A stretch of DNA of 63,629 bases, counting the filler, from Octopus bimaculoides (taxonomy: Eukaryota), in assembly GCF_001194135.2 (NCBI RefSeq). It is 8 parts of 8 records of this genome, joined end to end, with 100 filler letters (N's around TTAATTAATTAA, not from the genome) between each part and the next. Parts side by side here need not be neighbours in the genome. Positions count along the whole stretch, not along the records: positions 58,238 to 60,861 come from NC_068999.1; positions 60,962 to 63,629 come from NW_026301127.1; 6 more parts are not named here. The stretch is one strand, 5' to 3'. Of this stretch, positions 59,027 to 63,629 are shown in pieces (position 1 is the first letter of the stretch; each line of letters starts with the position of its first letter). Below the pieces are notes generated by a model. The model did not search any database. It was not told where the DNA came from and saw nothing but the letters and a program-made list of their open reading frames with translations. The translations under genes and the position numbers were made by a program.

Positions 59027-60575
59027 TNNNNNNNNNNNNNNNNNNNNNNNNNNNNNNNNNNNNNNNNNNNNNNNNNNNNNNNNNNNNNNNNNNNNNNNNN
59101 NNNNNNNNNNNNNNNNNNNNNNNNNNNNNNNNNNNNNNNNNNNNNNNNNNNNNNNNNNNNNNNNNNNNNNNNNNNNNNNNNNNNNNNNNNNNNNNNNNNN
59201 NNNNNNNNNNNNNNNNNNNNNNNNNNNNNNNNNNNNNNNNNNNNNNNNNNNNNNNNNNNNNNNNNNNNNNNNNNNNNNNNNNNNNNNNNNNNNNNNNNNN
59301 NNNNNNNNNNNNNNNNNNNNNNNNNNNNNNNNNNNNNNNNNNNNNNNNNNNNNNNNNNNNNNNNNNNNNNNNNNNNNNNNNNNNNNNNNNNNNNNNNNNN
59401 NNNNNNNNNNNNNNNNNNNNNNNNNNNNNNNNNNNNNNNNNNNNNNNNNNNNNNNNNNNNNNNNNNNNNNNNNNNNNNNNNNNNNNNNNNNNNNNNNNNN
59501 NNNNNNNNNNNNTATATATATATATATATATTTGCTTTTATTTTATTTTAAAATAGCTCTGTTTATATTTTTCATTAAAAAAAAAATAATATTCACCACA
59601 GAAAATGATATGGTTTCATGCGGCAATTAAAAAATTGAAGCAACTGTCATGTTTTACAAACGAATTCATCTCTCCAATGTACTTAATCACTTAGAAATAT
59701 TTGCTTTACTAACAGTAAATTCTGCGGCTTATTAACGAACATTTTCATAAAATTTTAGGAACTAAAAACTGAAATTCAGACGGATGGAATCTTATTCGCA
59801 GCAACAGAGATAAAGACTATCTGCTTAGTTTTAGTCGGTATATTTAATCCAACAAATCGTTTAAAATAAACGCCTGATTCATGGCTGCATTGGAACAAAA
59901 TGCACTGTATTACAATTATTTGAATCAAGTGACCATTCTGGCTCTAATGGAATATCTTGATGTAATGTACCTTAATTGCAGCAAGCTATGATTCATGAGT
60001 TCCTTTGCCTGTTACTAGTTTCAGAGGCTCTAGAAATAGAGAAAGCGAATCTCGGGTACTGCACATACTTTTCCCGTTATTGCTCAATTTCAGAAGCTTG
60101 AATTTGAAAATAGCATCTACAGAAATATAGCTGCGAACCAGAGTGTATATGAATATGCTTAGTCGAGAATACACTTGAAACATCTACTTGTGAAATTAAG
60201 ATATAAGTGTCTAAGTATTATTCCACAGATGTCTATACCTTTGATGTTTGGCAAATGAGACCGAAAAGTACCAGGCTTTAGCAAAAAGAAGTACTCGAGT
60301 CGATTTATACGTGATGCTACCCCCAGCATCATTGGTTGAGCAAGACAATAGGCAAAAATAACAGTTCCTGTCATGTATGCATGCGTACATAATACATACA
60401 TACATTCATTTCGTAGGACTTAAGACGTGGCGCATATTTATAACGCACCTAATTGTTAGTAATTGCTCGAAATAAATGAGTAGCTGCCGAAACGTATGTA
60501 GCTTGGAAGGAACATACATACATGCATGCATATACAGATACTAGCAACCCTTCGTCACTTTAGAGACAACTGTAC

Positions 60576-60634
<59 letters not shown>

Positions 60635-60781
60635 CATGTTCTCTTGTGTTTTCAATTATTCGAAGTCTTCGTAGATAACAACAATAAATTTACCTTTTGA
60701 ACTTGAGAAAAGTCTTCCATAATTTTACTATTCCACTTACAGATCATATTTCTGATGCGCGTGTTAGCTGTATGTAAGCGT

Positions 60782-60861
<80 letters not shown>

Positions 60862-60961
60862 NNNNNNNNNNNNNNNNNNNNNNNNNNNNNNNNNNNNNNN
60901 NNNNNTTAATTAATTAANNNNNNNNNNNNNNNNNNNNNNNNNNNNNNNNNNNNNNNNNNNN
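60862..60961. other. Scaffolding join marker
   Basis: 44 N + TTAATTAATTAA + 44 N. Confidence 0.95.
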
Positions 60962-60999
<38 letters not shown>

Positions 61000-61206
61000 C
61001 AGACACACACAAGCACACACAAATACACACATATAAGCAGCTGCATGAATACACACACACTCAAATATAGACAGACACACACAAACACACACATACATAC
61101 AGTGAGAAACAGATGGAGATTGAGAAATAGACAGAGAAAGGTAGAGATAGACAGAGAGAAAGAGGCAGGCAGAGAGTGAGAGAGAAAGAGAGAGGGAGAG
61201 AAAAAA

Positions 61207-61249
<43 letters not shown>

Positions 61250-62326
61250 GCATGATAGTAATATAGATAGCCAAAATCTTAATGAAATGCATACAATGAT
61301 TAATTNNNNNNNNNNNNNNNNNNNNNNNNNNNNNNNNNNNNNNNNNNNNNNNNNNNNNNNNNNNNNNNNNNNNNNNNNNNNNNNNNNNNNNNNNNNNNNN
61401 NNNNNNNNNNNNNNNNNNNNNNNNNNNNNNNNNNNNNNNNNNNNNNNNNNNNNNNNNNNNNNNNNNNNNNNNNNNNNNNNNNNNNNNNNNNNNNNNNNNN
61501 NNNNNNNNNNNNNNNNNNNNNNNNNNNNNNNNNNNNNNNNNNNNNNNNNNNNNNNNNNNNNNNNNNNNNNNNNNNNNNNNNNNNNNNNNNNNNNNNNNNN
61601 NNNNNNNNNNNNNNNNNNNNNNNNNNNNNNNNNNNNNNNNNNNNNNNNNNNNNNNNNNNNNNNNNNNNNNNNNNNNNNNNNNNNNNNNNNNNNNNNNNNN
61701 NNNNNNNNNNNNNNNNNNNNNNNNNNNNNNNNNNNNNNNNNNNNNNNNNNNNNNNNNNNNNNNNNNNNNNNNNNNNNNNNNNNNNNNNNNNNNNNNNNNN
61801 NNNNNNNNNNNNNNNNNNNNNNNNNNNNNNNNNNNNNNNNNNNNNNNNNNNNNNNNNNNNNNNNNNNNNNNNNNNNNNNNNNNNNNNNNNNNNNNNNNNN
61901 NNATGTATGTATGCATGCATATATGTATGTATGCATTTATGTATATGTACATATGTATGTATGTATGTAGGTAGGTAGGTATGTATGCATATATATATGT
62001 ATGCATTTATGTATATGTACATATGTATGTATGTATGTTGCATGCCTGTTTGTGTATGTGTGGTTCTGTATATTCTGTCAGTAAGAAGATGGAGGTTTGT
62101 ATTACCATCTGTAAGTGTGTTTGTGTCAATATATATGATAGAGAGTGTTTTGACATGTGTATGAGTGTGTGTGTGTTTGTGTGTGTGTGGGTGTGTGTGT
62201 GTGTGAGTGTATACTTTGTTGTGCATCTAATAGACAACCACATGCATGTATGTACATACAACACAATGTTTTAGTCCCAGTTTTTCATTTTTATTTCAGA
62301 GTGAGATGAAAATGTTATTAAACACA

Positions 62327-62402
<76 letters not shown>

Positions 62403-63051
62403 GATGCCAGGATGCTGAACATCACAAAAAAAAAAAGATATAAATGACCGAAATAATTAGTAACGTAATAATTAGCAACTGGAGTAAACTTGTTGTTTCG
62501 TGACACCAAGCATGGAAATGGAACAGAGAATGCTAACAAAGAAGGGGAGTTGCTGATGTGAGGGATGCTCTCCCTGCACTTACCCTCTGCTCATTGCTGA
62601 CCTTCGTCTTCATTTTCTCTCTGCTCTCTTTACATTGCCTCCCGACCCAAGATGCTTCCACCGCATTCACCTTCTGCTCTCCGCCACCTCTGAGATATGC
62701 CTCCTCCTCTCTTTCTATCGCCCTTCTCACTGCACCCACCCACTGCTCTTCCACTCCCTGCTTCCCCTTTCTCTCTCACTAACCTCTCCCCAACGATTTC
62801 ACACCATCTCATGTTTCTCTCCTTCTTACAACTGCAACATCATAGAATTTCATTATGAATGAATGTAGTTACAATATGAATCATGGTTCACCTGAAACAG
62901 CTGTCAAGATAAGACTGTTATGTAACTCCTTTCATTTATTCAATATTCTACATTTCATACTCTGTATTTTGAATTCCATATAAAAATACTCATTAAGCTT
63001 TCTTGTGTTTATTTGCCTTTTTTACTTTTTTATTATATCTTTTATGGTTTT

Positions 63052-63381
63052 TTTTTTACTTGTTTCAGTCATTAGACTGTGGTCATGCTGGGGCACTCCC
63101 TTGAAGAGTTTTAAGTTGTACAAATCGACCCTAGTACTTAATGTTCTTTAAAGTCTGGTACTTATTTTGTTGGTCTCTTTTGCTGAACCACTATGTTACA
63201 GGAATGTAAATACACCAACACTGACTGTCAGGTGGTGATGGGGGACAAACACAAAGACACACACACACACACACAGACACACACACATGATGGTCCTCTC
63301 TCAGTTTCCATCTACCAAATCCACTCACAAGGTCTTGGTTGGCCTGAGGCTATAGTAGAAGACACTTGCCCAAGGTGCCAT
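63052..63381 (-). mobile_element. SINE family A lacking the tRNA head, CpG-decayed
   Basis: TTTCAGTCATTAGACTGTGGTCATGCTGG...GGGGACAAAC-(AC)n-TCAGTTTCCATCTACCAAATCC...CACTTGCCCAAGGTGCC. Confidence 0.85.
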
Positions 63382-63629
63382 GGAGGTGGTGGTGGTGGGG
63401 GTGATAGTGGTGGGGGGTGATAGTGGTGGTGGCGGTGGTGGTGGTGGTAATGATGGTGATGATGATGATGATGATGATGATATCGTTTATGTTTGTAAAA
63501 CAAAAAAACAATGTAATAAAACAATGAAGGAAAGTGAGGAGAAGAAGAAGAAAAAAAGGAAGAAGGAGAAGAAGAAAATAAAAAGAAAAAGAAGAAGAAG
63601 AAGAAGAAGAAGGAAATGAAAAAGAAAAG

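Noticed and set aside
60470-60505. CGAAACGTATGTA, resembling a hammerhead 3' half
   Set aside because: The upstream core reads TAAATGA (three changes from CTGATGA) and stem II is marginal.

Overview
AT-rich, microsatellite-saturated eukaryotic DNA, most likely from an Octopus genome (inferred from the protocadherin type, the SINE families and the repeat load). The only intact protein-coding sequence I can support is the large exon of a cephalopod-type protocadherin on the minus strand. Its ATG is at 54621, its acceptor at 54703 and its phase-0 donor after 52195; it encodes a signal peptide, 6 cadherin repeats, a TM helix and the start of the cytoplasmic tail. The rest is dozens of tRNA-derived SINEs, remnants of a Tc1 (apparent DD36E spacing) and a mariner transposase, a mariner MITE, two RLE-type non-LTR 3' ends sitting in microsatellites, Penelope-like and RTE-like RT remnants, mini/microsatellites and N gaps. 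Seven identical 100-bp gaps containing TTAATTAATTAA are scaffolding joins, so the window is a mosaic of 8 blocks and long-range adjacency is uncertain. The most interesting signals are: hammerhead-ribozyme-like motifs with palindromic stem III (35384-35469; 50317-50362 inside a Penelope-like direct+inverted repeat); a CpG-decay domain over the protocadherin block; a probably calcium-free EC3-EC4 linker; a near-perfect 96-bp inverted repeat; and the DD36E Tc1. Repeat boundaries were read by eye and are approximate unless stated. All family assignments come from recalled motifs, not database searches.
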